Below are positions 12,598-25,276 of a stretch of 64,000 nucleotides of DNA, in pieces. Numbering within the stretch: the stretch's first letter is position 1; every line of letters begins with the position of its first letter. The DNA comes from Octopus sinensis. Lineage: Eukaryota. The position numbers were made by a program, and so were the translations under genes. The stretch is taken from positions 141,732,001 to 141,796,000 of the forward strand of contig NC_042997.1 of the NCBI RefSeq assembly GCF_006345805.1, written 5' to 3'. The notes under the pieces were generated by a model that was given only the letters and a program-made list of their open reading frames with translations, did no database searches and was not told the origin of the DNA.

Positions 12598-13495
12598 AAT
12601 ATTGTACTTACAAGTTAAAAACAGGTGTAAACTATTATATTAATACACATTTCGCAAATAACACAAGAATGTATTTTCCTACAAAGTTTACCCATGTACG
12701 CGAGAAATTTATTTATATTATAGATGAATGTGTGTGTATTGGTTTGTCTGAATATGTGTGTATAGGTTTGTCCGAATGTGTATTCGTATGTATATTCATA
12801 TATTAGTATAGACCAGTATATATATGGGTTAGATCTTATATATATGTAATACCAGATAATGCTAGCATTAGTAATTTATGAAATGATTCTAAAAACACGC
12901 AATATTATCTCTTCAAAATTTCATCACCAGTAATCCGTATATTGAAAATATTCTTTGCTTCTCTTGTGTATATTTTCTGGCGGGTTTTTTTTTTTTTTGT
13001 TTTTTTACCTGTCTAATGATAAAATACATTAGTTACTTTTTTTGTATATTAAATAAAATCGCAGACATAACAAAGTTTTTAAAAATCAGTTACCTAACAC
13101 ACTTTAATAATAGATAAGGCAGGTTGCCTTTGTAGCAGACTTTTCTAGAAACTAATTATTGTGTAATATTGGTGCCAACACGGTATCTTAAAGATAGCGT
13201 TTTCGCAGTGATATAATCTATTATATACAGATTATTTAGTATATAATTTCACGTAAGAATAAGAAGATAAACAGTAAAACAGCAACATACATGAAGTCGA
13301 GTTGCTAAATGAGAGCTGAAGGATTGAGAATCACTAAAGTAGAGGAGTTCTCTTTGACAAAAAACATTTGTTGTTGCTTAGCGCCTAGTTAATCGTGACT
13401 GAGCAAACCTATTATGAAAGCCTTCTGACCATGACTATCCGGGGGTAAGGCTGTATGTGAAGAATTCTCTAATACATCTCTCATTTTTTGAATTT

Positions 13496-13534
<39 letters not shown>

Positions 13535-13539
<5 letters not shown>

Positions 13540-13757
13540 TATGAGTATAATTATAATTAAGGTTCAGCAAAATTTTGCTTCACCACATACCGAAATTTAG
13601 AAATAGCAGTTAAAACTATTTCACTAGAATAAGAAAATCTCCCAGACAGATTTTCTTATGGTACTGAAATAGTTAGTTTTAACTGCTATTTCTAAATTTT
13701 GGTGTGTGGTGAAGCAAAATTTTGCTGAACCCTAATTATAATTATACTGATAATTAT
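13535..13757. repeat. foldback palindrome, arms of about 106-110 bp, 7-nt loop
   Basis: ataattatgagtataattataattaaggttcagcaaaattttgcttcacc... mirrored to 13757; loop cccagac at 13641-13647. Confidence 0.9.
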
Positions 13758-13850
13758 AAAATTTTATATAAGTTTACCGATAGTGGTTCTTTTAAGATCC
13801 GAACTACTTGGAAAAATTATTAATTATTAACTAATTAATTAATTTTACCC

Positions 13851-13883
<33 letters not shown>

Positions 13884-14149
13884 TATTATTATTATTACTA
13901 TTATTATTATTATTATATATAATAATGTTTGTTTTTATGTTCAGTTATAATAAAAACAATTTTACATTAATCTGTTGGGTTACGCTATACTTTTGTAGAA
14001 TATAAATTTATTATTCTTAAATAGGAATGTTGTTGACAGTGACTTCGAAGTTCTGGCTTAGCTGGATAAAACGTCGACATCACTGTCAACAATATTCTTG
14101 TTTTGGGAAAATAAATATATATTGTACATTTATGTGTGCGCGCGCGTAT

Positions 14150-14545
14150 GGGGGGGCTCATGCGTTGCTGTGCGGTAAGAAGCTTGAGTGGCACCATGGG
14201 CAAGTGACTTCTACTATAGCCTCGGGCCTATCAAAGCCGTAGGAGTGGATTTGGTAGACGGAAACTGAAAGAAGCCCGTCGTGTATATATGTGTGTATAC
14301 ATTTGTGTGTGTGTCTGTGTGTCTTTGTGCCTGTGTTTGTCCGACCAACCCCACCATCGCTTGACAACTGATGCTGGTGTGTTTATGTCCCCATAACTTA
14401 GCGGTTCGGAAAAACAGACCGATAAAATAAGTACTAGGCTGACAAAGAGTAAGTCTTAGGGTCGATTTCTTCAACTAAAACTTGCTAAGGTTGTGCTCCA
14501 TCATGGCCGCAGTCAAATGACTGAAACAAGTAAAAGAATAAAAGA
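14150..14545 (+). mobile_element. tRNA-derived SINE (family B)
   Basis: tgcggtaagaagcttg...ggcaccatgggcaagtgacttctactatagcc...ccatcgcttgacaactgatg...ggccgcagtcaaatgactgaaacaagtaaaaga; recurs at 18573, 24287 and 58555. Confidence 0.85.
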
Positions 14546-15167
14546 ATTGTGTGGGTGTGTGTGTGGGTGTGTGTGTGTGTGTGAAGATCTCCATTAACAA
14601 AGTTATTCATGTATTTGTACATGGAAAGTTCCTCTCCGAGACGTGAAATTTTTCCCACGAGAGTTCCGGACCCCAGTAATATTACCTAAATATGGTAAAA
14701 ATGTGGATGGGAAAAATGTGGGTAGAGGGTGATGTGCGAGCAACCCTCTCCCCTTACTGTTTTACAAAGTAAACTACAACACAAATAACTACGCAGAGGC
14801 AACCATAGTTGAAACAAGAACAAGATCAAGAAGCAGTATTAAAAGAGAAAAGAATCAAGGTCATTCATTGCCCAAGTGACCTTTTCTTATCGCCCATCAC
14901 TCGTTATGCGCTCATAAATTAGTTAGATAGTTGAGTTCTAATTGGCTGTATGCAAATGAGTTCATAACTGGGGTCCAGAAGTCTCGTGGGGAAAAAACTC
15001 GCCTCTAGAATTGCCCATAAAACAAATATCTCTCTACGACACTGAAGCTGTCCACGTCAAAGGTTGATACAGTTTGAGACTAGTGTCATTGACACGTTAT
15101 GTTCCGAGTTCAAATTTCGCAGAAGTCGACTTTGCCTTTAAGTCATTCTAAATCAATCAAATATTCT

Positions 15168-15385
15168 TTTCTACTCTAAGCACAGGGCCTGAAATTGTGG
15201 TGGAGGGAGCCAGTCGTTTAGATTGACCCCAGTGTGCAACTGGTACTTAATTTATCGACCCCGAAAGAATGAAAGGCAAAGTAGATCTCGGCGGAATTTG
15301 AACTCAGAACGTAGCGGCGGACGAAATACCGCTAAGCTTTTCGCCTGGCATGCAAACATTCTTGCCAGCTCGTCGACTTCAATCA
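15168..15385 (-). mobile_element. SINE family A
   Basis: Reverse complement of the family A head and core. Confidence 0.85.
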
Positions 15386-15394
15386 AATAAATAT

Positions 15395-15612
15395 TTCTTT
15401 CTTTATTGCCCACAGTGGGCTAAACACAGGGGGGGGGGACAAACAAGGACAAACAAATGTATTAAGTCGATTATATCGACCCCAGTGTAACTAGCACTTA
15501 TTTAATCGACCCCGAAAGATGAAAGTCAAAATCGACCTCGGCGAAATTTGAATTCAGAACATAAAGACAGACGAAACACCGCTAAGCATTTCGCCCGGCG
15601 TGCTAATGTTTC
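15395..15612 (-). mobile_element. SINE family A
   Basis: Reverse complement of the family A head, core and tail (ttattgcccac...ggacaaacaagg). Confidence 0.85.
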
Positions 15613-16309
15613 TGGGTAGAGGTCTAATGCAAAATTTTTGGCCTTATACCAAAATTCTTCTAAGTAGGACAAGATTTTTTTTGTTTTACCAGTTCGCCAA
15701 AACTTTGAGAAAGTTATCAAATCAAATAGAAATATTTTCTGCTTTAGACACAAGACCTACAGCAAGTGTATCAAAGTTTATTATCCATTCATTACCTAAC
15801 ACGAAACTGAAGCATTGCCCCACTTCTTGAAATGTCCTTTGAATCTTAATAGGAATTTATATTTACATTTACATCTGAAATTTCCAACCTCGGAGTAATA
15901 AAATGCAAATTTTTCGCTCAGTTGTAATTGAACTCCAAAAAGGAGTTTATCAGTTTGCTATACTACCTTCATATAAAGATTACATAACATCACACAAATA
16001 AAATTGTATACGTGTGTGTAAGTGTTTGTATGTGTGTGTGTTTGTATGTGCGTGTGTGTTTGTGTGTGTGTGTACATAAATGTGTTTATATGAGCATGTA
16101 TATGTGTGCATATATATGTGTTGTGTGGGTACATATATGTGTTAGTGTAAGCGTGTTTATGTGTTGTTAGATAAAAAAACAAAGAGCTTGTGTATTGATG
16201 TATGCAGTACAGACAAAAAAGAATCCATTGCAATGTCAATTGTATATAATGATTAGAACAATAAAGCAGACATATTGCAGTCATTATATTTCTGAAGGGA
16301 ATTAGGACG

Positions 16310-16351
16310 ATGGTAGTGGTGGTGTTGCTTGTGGTGGTGGTGGTGGTGGTG

Positions 16352-16386
<35 letters not shown>

Positions 16387-16791
16387 GGTTGTGGTGGTGG
16401 TCGTCGTCGTCGTCGAGGCAATGGTGGTTGAGGTGGTGATATTGGTGGTAGTGTTGATAATGACGATGATAATGGTGGTTGTGGTAATGGTGGTTGTGGT
16501 GGTGTTGATGATGATAATAGTGGTGGTAATGGTGGTTGTGGTGGTGTTGATGATGATAATAGTGGTGGTGGTGGTGGTAGTGGTGGTGGTGGTCGTCGTC
16601 ATCGTCGTTGTCGAGGCAATAGTGGTTGAGATGGTGATTTTGGTGGTGGATGTGATGGTGCTGCTACTGCTGCTGCTGCTGACGATGATGATGATGTGAT
16701 GGTGGTAGTGGTGGTGGTGGTGGTGGTAGTTGCAGTAATAGTAGTAGTAGTAGTAGTAGTAGTAGCAGCAGCAGCAGCAGCAGCAGCAGTA

Positions 16792-16823
<32 letters not shown>

Positions 16824-16850
16824 TAGTAGTAGTAGTAGTAGTAGTGATGT
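16310..16850. repeat. mosaic trinucleotide tract (GTG/GTC/GAT/GTA/GCA) with internal duplications of about 40-60 bp
   Basis: Direct reading; source of the poly-T/V/Y ORFs. Confidence 0.9.
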
Positions 16851-17040
16851 GGAAACACAAAGAGATTACTGACAGTGGTTCATAAGGGGGAGACAAAATG
16901 TTAAAAACTGATTTCATTAAAGAATTTTTAAAAAATGGAAAAATAACAATCAACAACAGCAACATCATCGTCATTTTAGCATCTTACTGATTATCTTCAG
17001 CAGGACCGTCATTATACCTCCTATCGTAATCATTATCATC

Positions 17041-17259
17041 ATCAAGAAGAAGAAGAAGAAGAAGAAGAGAAAAGAAGAAGAAGAAGAAGAAGAAGAACAA
17101 GAAGAACAAGAAGAACAAGAACAAGAACAAGAAGAACAAGAACAAGAAGAACAAGAACAAGAAGAACAAGAAGAACAAGAACAAGAAGAACAAGAAGAAC
17201 AAGAACAAGAACAAGAAGAACGAGAACAAGAAGTAGAAGAAGAAGAAGAAGAAGAAGAA

Positions 17260-17290
<31 letters not shown>

Positions 17291-17293
17291 AAA
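17041..17293. repeat. (GAA)n with (GAACAA)/(GAAGAACAA) higher-order units
   Basis: Direct reading. Confidence 0.92.
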
Positions 17294-17876
17294 AGCTTGC
17301 AATAGATCCATGAGTTGGTTTGTTTGGAAATAGCCCAAGCAGACAAAATATTTAAAAAATGGAACATCAGACAGAAAAAAATTATTGTACAATGTATATG
17401 GTAACAAACATTTATAAGAATAAATTTACTGTCTGTTATGATAGGAAAGATATAATAATTATTATGTATATACAACAGATAAATATAAAGCACACTGATT
17501 ATCTTCCATTGTCGTTTGTATAAGGCTAATGAGATGTAAGATTTTCATTACTTATGAATACTGCTGCTATCTCTAATAAGGGAAGCCAATAAGATAAGCA
17601 CCACAAGACACCAATAACGCTCCTGGTTACCAGCATCAGGCGCCTCACCTATGTGCGTGTGTGTGTATGTGTGTGTGTTTGTGTCTTTCTATTTCTCAAG
17701 GCCAAAACCTCACAAGGCTGGGGTACCCGGTTTCCATGGCGCATACGTACCTGAGATCATAAAACCCACCTGAACAGTATGCCAGTCCGTTGTAGGGTCC
17801 GAGGCCAACAATTTAAGAAGAGAGGCAAGTCGATTACATCGATCCCAGCACTTGACTGCCGCCTTGCTTGTATGTG

Positions 17877-17917
<41 letters not shown>

Positions 17918-18131
17918 CAATAATAAATCTCTAAACGAGATATAAACAGTAACTGCTCTATAACATAAGGGGCATCAGCCATCTGAATGTGGCTAGGGAC
18001 AGGGCAGGGTGGTGGGGTTGTTACTGATGCATTTAGCCCCAGGCGATCATCGACGTCACCAGGAGGGCTGACACCATCTCGGTGTCCTCTAGCTTGTAAA
18101 GGGAGATCATTCCCCGAAGACGCGGATGCTA

Positions 18132-18175
18132 CATACGGACCAGGTTTCGAGGTATTTGCCTCTTATCAACGCATG
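18132..18175 (-). ncRNA. type I hammerhead ribozyme, U3-A8 variant, GUC site
   Basis: Exact reverse complement of 18321-18364. Confidence 0.82.
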
Positions 18176-18320
18176 GTAAGCACCGTTCTCCGACGAATAA
18201 CTCTCCGTACAGGCTATATATTTAAGGATTTTCACAGTAAACACATTTACTGATATAGAAAAACCGTTCGAAAGCAATAATAAATCTCTAAACGAGATAT
18301 AAACAGTAACTGCTCTATAA

Positions 18321-18364
18321 CATGCGTTGATAAGAGGCAAATACCTCGAAACCTGGTCCGTATG
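18321..18364 (+). ncRNA. type I hammerhead ribozyme, U3-A8 variant, GUC site
   Basis: catgcg-TTGATAA-gagg caaata cctc-GAAA-cc t gg-TC-cgtatg: stem I 6 bp (1 G-U), stem II 4 bp, stem III 3 bp with a 1-nt loop. Confidence 0.82.
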
Positions 18365-18532
18365 TAGCATCCGCGTCTTCGGGGAATGATCTCCCTTTGC
18401 AGGCTAGAGGACACCGAGATGGTGTCAGCCCTCCTGGTGACGTCGATGATCGCCTGGGGCTAAATGCATCAGTAACACCCCCACCACCCTGCCCTGTCCC
18501 TAGCCACATTCAGATGGCTGATGCCCCTTATG

Positions 18533-18572
<40 letters not shown>

Positions 18573-18962
18573 GGCGCAGGAATGGTTGTGTGGTAAGTAA
18601 CTTGCTTACGAACCACATAGTTCCGGGTTCAGTCCCGCTGCGTGGCACCTTGGGCAAGTGACTTCTACTATAGCCTTCGGCCGACCAAAGCCGTAGGAGT
18701 GGATTTGGTAGACGAAAACTGAAAGAAACCGGTGGTATATGTTTGTGTGTGTGTGTATTTGTGTGTCTCTGTCCCCTCCCAACCATCGCTTGACAACCGA
18801 TGTTGGTGTGCAGGTGCCGTAACTTATCGGTTCGGTAAAAGTGACCGATAGAATGAGTACTACGCTTATAAAGAATAAGTCCTAGGGTCGATTCCTCGAC
18901 TAATGGTGGTGCTCATGCATGGTCGCAGTCAAAATGATCGAAACAAATAAAAGAACAAAAAG
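18573..18962 (+). mobile_element. SINE family B
   Basis: ggcgcaggaatggttgtgtggtaag...gttccgggttcagtcccgctgcgtggcaccttgggcaagtg; inserted in (TA)n. Confidence 0.88.
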
Positions 18963-19058
18963 ATACATACATATATATATATATATATTATATATATATA
19001 TAAAATAATATATATATATATATATGCATATATACATACGTATATGTACATACTTACA

Positions 19059-19106
<48 letters not shown>

Positions 19107-19693
19107 TATGTGAGCACAGGACGTCACGAAGCGTGTACAACAAAAAAATATGAAGTACGAGTACATGGAATATGAACTATTTTTTCGAACAACGAAAGAC
19201 ACAAATGGAAAGCAAGACAAACAACATAAAGAACGACCCTTCATCAGTTGTTGGCTGCTTTTCTACTCTAGTATTTTGATCATTTAACAACAATATACAC
19301 TTTTGATAAAACAGTTGCTCCCGCAAAGCAAATTGAATAAAATTTGGGATTTTGCGGAGGGTCAAAACTGGTAACACAAACAGGACAATGAAAAAACAAA
19401 CTCTCGTTTTTCTCTCTTTCTCTCTCTTATTCTTTTACTTCCTCTTCTTCCACTATTCTATCCTATTACTCTCTCTCCTCCCTTGCTCACGTGGCTCCCA
19501 CGTGACCATCGGCCATCTTTTTTTCTTCTCCTAACTTGTGTTTCTTTCTCTCCGTTGTAGCTGGAACAAGTAAGAAGTGTTCTTTCTGTCTCCTGTCCAA
19601 GCTTGATTTACGCGTTCACCACCACAACCTCGTATAGGCTTAGCAGCCCTTCCTGTTTGTAAGTATGTACATATACTTATGTATATATGCATC

Positions 19694-19725
<32 letters not shown>

Positions 19726-19777
19726 ATATTATTTATATTGCTATATGATTGTACGCCACGCATCTCTTCCAAGTAAG

Positions 19778-19871
<94 letters not shown>

Positions 19872-20732
19872 AAAGGGAATGGAGCAGGTAAAATCCAGGC
19901 TATATATGTTTCCTAATTAGCAGATCCTTGAAAGTAATAATTACTCAACGAGGGGAACTCCGCTAACTACTCATAAGGCCGAAGATACCTTAATTATACG
20001 ATGGTTACATTGTCGTTAACTGGCCGGAAATATAATTTAAAATGAATGGTGAAAGCGGAAGAACGGGGTGAACAAGAAAACGAAATAGAAAAAGGCAAAT
20101 GTATAGAGAAATAAAACGGTCGGTAAGAGAAAAGAAGGGAGAGTGGGCAATATATATATATTACAATACAGAGATGTAACTAGGAAAGTTTGGTGTTAGT
20201 TAACGTTGGGGGTTTTTTCCGTAGAGAGACATTCCAACAACCCGGAGTTGTTGGGAAAATTAATTTAAACTGAAGGGGTCCTTTGTACTGTAAAGTTTTG
20301 GAACTCACTCTTCTACATGATCACTCGACTGGTTAGAAATAGCAGCTAAATTTTTCCTTGAAATCACTCCCTATGGTTTTAGAAAAGAAAAACTTATATG
20401 ATACGATCCTGGGTTTCTTGCATTTATAAAAAAACAACGGGATGGATACAACTGGACTGCCTTTGTTTAGGGTTAACCTGGGATTGAACAATAACAGCAA
20501 CAACAATGCGAGCCAATAAGGAGTTATCTACGCAGACTTTTAAACTAGAGTTTTGCAGACGGGTGCTAACCGACCCCTCTTGAGGTCGGCTGAGACTTGT
20601 AAAGAAGACAAACGAATTACCATATCTAATAAAATTAATAATTTTCAACTTTTTCAATTTGCCCAACACCATGAAGAAGAATGAAGAAATATATGTATGC
20701 AAGAATCGTCTTTCGTTCTCATTGATGAAGAG

Positions 20733-21160
20733 GAAGGCGGCATGCTGGCGGAACTTTTAGCACACCGGGCAAAAGGCTTTGCGGCATATCATCCATCTTT
20801 ACATTCTGAGTTCAAATTCCGCCGAGGTCGACTTTGCCTTTGCCTTTCATCCCTTTCGGGATCGATAAGATAATTACAAGTCATGCGCTGGGGGTCGATG
20901 TAATCGACATAACCCCATCATCTAAGATTGCTGACCTTGTGCTAAAATTTGAAACCATTAATAAAGAGAAGAAGGCGATGAGCTAGTAGAATGTTTAGCA
21001 CGCTGGACAAGAAACAGTGTCATTTCGCCCGTCTTCACGTTCTGGGTTCAAATTCTGACTAGGTCGACTTTGCCCTTTATCCTTTCGTAGTCAACGAAAT
21101 AAGTAACAGATGATATGATCGATTAGCTCCCTCCCCACAACATTTCATGTCTAATAGAAA
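20733..21160 (+). mobile_element. two adjacent SINE family A copies (20733-20950, 20972-21160)
   Basis: Two heads (aaggcggcatgctggc, aaggcgatgagctag), each followed by the gaggtcgactttgcc core. Confidence 0.8.
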
Positions 21161-22149
21161 GGATTAATAAAGAAGAGGTAGGTGGTGGGGGCTCAAAACA
21201 AAATCCCTAATATTTTTTGTGGGAAGTTGATACTCATCAGTTTGTGAACCACTGACATAATTTACTTGAAATGTGGGCTAGATCTCCTTGAAATCAATCT
21301 CCGCCATCTTGAAAAGGGGAGGACATACAGTAAATAATGTAGTTCTAGCTATCCCAAAAAATACGGGATGGTCAAGATAGGACTGTCTTTGATCACAGTT
21401 TTCTTCTGATCAGGGATGACCAGGAGTTAATTAACAAAAGTATGAAATAAAGTGTTTCTAAACAGTTGGTTCTACTTGCTAGAAATAGCAACCAAATCAC
21501 TCTCAAGCCACACTAACTTTCAATGGAGTTTGTAATTTAGTCCAAGGCATTACTAAATGGTGGATAGTTCATAGTTAGAAAGCTTTTGATTCATCAAGTT
21601 TGACTCAGGGCTAAACAACAACATCCATAACTCATGGAATACCAGATAGTTATTGAAGCTACTGCGTAGTTTAATAGTCCTGCTAGAAATAGATGTTACA
21701 TATTAAATTTCGCCCTATCGGTTTGAAATTGGAAGAAATAAAATTAAAACATTTACACCTAGTTAGTTTATGGCTAAAGCAAAGATATTGACAAGTTTGG
21801 AAAGGTTTAATAACAGGTCTGATTGAAAACCGCTGCAACGAGGCTTAACAACTAACTGAGCAACAAATAATGAATACCTTTCACTGGGGTGTACGAAAAT
21901 ATTGAAAATACGTTCAATACTTTATACTGTACCTCTATACTATACTAAATATAAATACCAAGTCTGGTTTACTAAATTATTTCATGCCATCCATTTTTTT
22001 TTTTTTTTACTTTTTTGCTATAAATATTCTTTATTTCAGGAACAGCATATAAAGCTACAATACAAAAACAATAATACTCAGTTTGCACAGAAATGTTTGC
22101 CAACATTTTCCAATCTCATTAAATGTAATAAATCTAAGTATTCAAACGT

Positions 22150-22900
22150 TGAGTTTTATTAATTTTCCTTCTGGTTTGTTTGAATAGAACTGATAAATAT
22201 TTCTTTATAACTCTCACGCAAGATGTCGATAACCTGTTTCTTGCTTACAGCGTTCTTCAAGTATATTATTGCCAGACAGAATGCTTTTGTGAGTGTTTGT
22301 TTGACATTGTCAGTTTCCAACACTCTAACGCGCCCAAATTAACTTACATTTTTCATTTGCCTGCAAATTTTCCTGTATCGACTGCTTGGGGTTCGAATTT
22401 CGTATTGAAATTTATAACAGTAATGGAACAGCGAGTTGTAATTTACCAGAAAAATGCAATAAAATTATTTAGCTAAATAGCAGCAGAGCTGGCGCTAGAA
22501 TTTTTAAGTTTCTGTAATATTTTTACACGGACTTTCCATTTTTCTTTAACAACATTTACATTGTTGGTGTTTCAGGAACACCATCAACATTATTGAATGA
22601 AAAGAAAGCAACAAATCTTTCTGAAAAGTAGTAACAAGTCTTGTCTAATTTAGCAGTGTAGCCATTTAGTCTGTCGACATGTTTCAGTAGAACATTCTGA
22701 ACCTTTCTCTGCAACCATTTTTATCCTTAGTATGCTTTGCTTTTTTCATCAAATAATAGTCATTTGATTTATCAATGTTCATACTTAGACATTTAAATCT
22801 AGAATTTCATAACAGAATACATTAAACGAACACATTTCTCCAAAATAGGTTTCATGTTTTTTTCTTTTTCTCTTTTCATAAAAATTTCCACAAAACTACT
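22150..22900 (-). pseudogene. possible highly decayed hAT-like transposase fragment
   Basis: Broken reading VLLKHVD..KWL resembles the hAT LKHxxTRWL motif; many stops; weak. Confidence 0.25.
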
Positions 22901-23659
22901 ATTTCAATAGTGAGTATATATATTCTTCTTTTCGTCAATCTACAACAGTCAGAGGGAATCTCTAGGTGGCGGTGGCTGCGTCTGCCAGAAATGAATTCAA
23001 ACAATACTATTGTCTTAAAAGAGAAAGGAAGGCCGGAGAATGTTAGTCATGAGTATATGACTAGAGGAAAATTAAACAGGATAGCCACGATTGGGTCTCT
23101 TGTAAGCATAAGTCTCCTGCATCAGATTAAACAACAACCAAAGACAGAAACTATATTGAGAGTCGTGAAAATAAACTCTTTACTGTCTAATGTAGTCATT
23201 TCCTGAAGGCTCTAATACTTATTTTGTCTTTTATCAGATGAAATTAATAATTGTTTCGTCACAGATAAAAATTTACGATGATCTTCATAGATGATCTTAA
23301 TTACTTCTAACGATGCAAAGTAAGACTAATAAAATTTGTAAGAATAATCGCGCTACTGCACAAATTAGTGAGACTTCAATTCGATTTTATCAAATGTTTA
23401 TTCCATAAAGTTAAATTTCTTTCAAATTACCTCATTCTATTATTTTCCTCCAACACATAACACTAATGAAACGATCTCTCGCTTCACTTCATATTGATGA
23501 TGACAGTAAGAACTTTAGAGAAAGCTTCGGCTCAACTATTCTTACAAACTCAACAAATCCTGTTAACAAATAACAATTAACTGGTCTGAAATTAAAATAA
23601 ATCAATGAGATAATCATATCATTTATAAATAACAGTGAATCATCTATATAAGATCAAAG

Positions 23660-23900
23660 AGGAGAATCATGGACACATTCCACCCATCTCGAAGACTGTC
23701 GCTCCACGCACGATAGGCTTTGCTGGCCACTGCTGTCGTAGTGAGGAACAGGTCGTATGAGATATAATTTGGAAATTTCCGCTGCCTAATAAAGGGTGAA
23801 GACCACTTAATACTTTGATGTTATTATCGGAGACGTATAGTATGAAACTATCAGAGAGGAACAGAGATTTCTGATGTTGCTTGGGAAAGTGCATTTCAGT
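23660..23900 (+). mobile_element. RTE-like LINE C-terminal remnant
   Basis: Reads RTIGFAGHCCRSEEQV..IIW, resembling RRLRFAGHCxR of RTE-type LINEs. Confidence 0.45.
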
Positions 23901-24286
23901 TGAAGCCACTTGAAGAAAAAAATGATTCGTCTACAAACCAACGAAGGAGCTTCTGAGCTCATCTCCTTTCAATCATACCTTAGAAAGGTACATAAGGAAC
24001 GGCACATTGTATAAAATAATCTTACACAGCACTAAAAATACTGGATGATCATGACTGGAACGCTTTTGACCATAGATCTGCTAATTCAAGATCCACCTAG
24101 ACCTCAACAACTACTGATTCATCTTCCTGTTTTCTATTCTGTAGTTTGTATTAGAAATTAATATTTCTTTTACCTATAAGTTTCACTCAGAAATATTCCT
24201 TGTAAAAATTAGCGTGTATAACGGTCGGTAATAAACTATTTATACATTTTATACAAGATCTCGTTAAAGAGTGGATGAAATGACTG

Positions 24287-24630
24287 GGCGCAGACTTGGC
24301 TGTGTGGTAAGAAGCTTGCTTCCCAATCACTTGGTTCCGGGTTCAGTTCCACTGCGTGGCACCTTGGGCAAGTGTCTTCGGCTATAGCCTCGGGCCGTCG
24401 TGTGTGTGTGTTTGTGTTTGTGTTTATGTTTGTGTCTCTAAGCTTGTCTTCCCAAAATCGCTTGATAACCGATGCTGTTGTGTTTACGTCTCCGTAACTT
24501 AGCAGTTCGGCAAAAGAGACCGCTAGAATAAGTACTAGACTTACAAAGAATAAGTCCTGGGGTCGATTTGCTCGACTAAAGGCGGTGCTCCAGTATAGCC
24601 GCAGTCAGAAGATTGAAACAAATAAAAGAA
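24287..24630 (+). mobile_element. SINE family B
   Basis: ggctgtgtggtaagaagcttgcttcccaatcac...ggttccgggttcagttccactgcgtggcaccttgggc; same tail as the 14150 copy. Confidence 0.88.
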
Positions 24631-25276
24631 TACTTGATTCAGAGGTCAACCAAATACTTCTACACGCAACATTTTTCATCACTCAGACATCCTCAAATAA
24701 TATGATATGGGTTTAGGTCCCAGCTCGAGAAATAATTATCCTATTACTTGTCGAAATACAAAAGGTGCACCAATTCCTTTGTCCATCTATAGCCAATTTT
24801 GCTCGTCAACTACAATAAAGTGAGTAATTTATCGTAAAGGTATACTTTGCAATTCATTCTTCCAAGATCGATATGATGAAGTTGAAATATCAAGTACTGG
24901 CGACGATTTGATCAGCTACACCTATTCCCAAAATTTGAGGCCCTGTGTCTATATTAGAAATCTGTTATAAAACATTTGATGCATTTTGATTGTTTTTGTA
25001 ATCCATCTGTATCACAATCTTTTCCAAAGTCAACTTAATCTACCTTCTTTCTTATTTAGTTACATAAAATCTTTTGTTTCATTACTTGGGTCTACTCCAA
25101 TAAACAACCTAATTACAAAAGTACTGCTGGAGAACTGAGACAAGTCACCATAATTCCACTACCCATTTTGTATCATCTCGAGTGATTTTTTTTTTGCTGT
25201 TATTTAACCCCAGGTCAATTTGATCAAAGACGCTCCCATTTTGCTACAACCTGCCTCTCCTTGGGTGTTTGTAGAT

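Larger units (their letters stand above)
17916..18536. mobile_element. PLE-terminus-like element: inverted repeats of about 215 bp (17959-18175 / 18321-18536) plus a 48-bp direct repeat (17916-17963 / 18273-18320), flanked by (TA)n
   Basis: Arms differ by about 3 substitutions and 1 indel; each arm begins with an HHR pointing outward. Confidence 0.85.

Noticed and set aside
15958-16974. 338-aa Thr-rich, mucin-like ORF
   Set aside because: Built from a mosaic of trinucleotide repeats and (CA)n; open on both strands; no splice or domain evidence.
19230-19330. Hammerhead around CTGATGA (minus strand)
   Set aside because: No downstream stem II/GAAA; at most a permuted or truncated relic.
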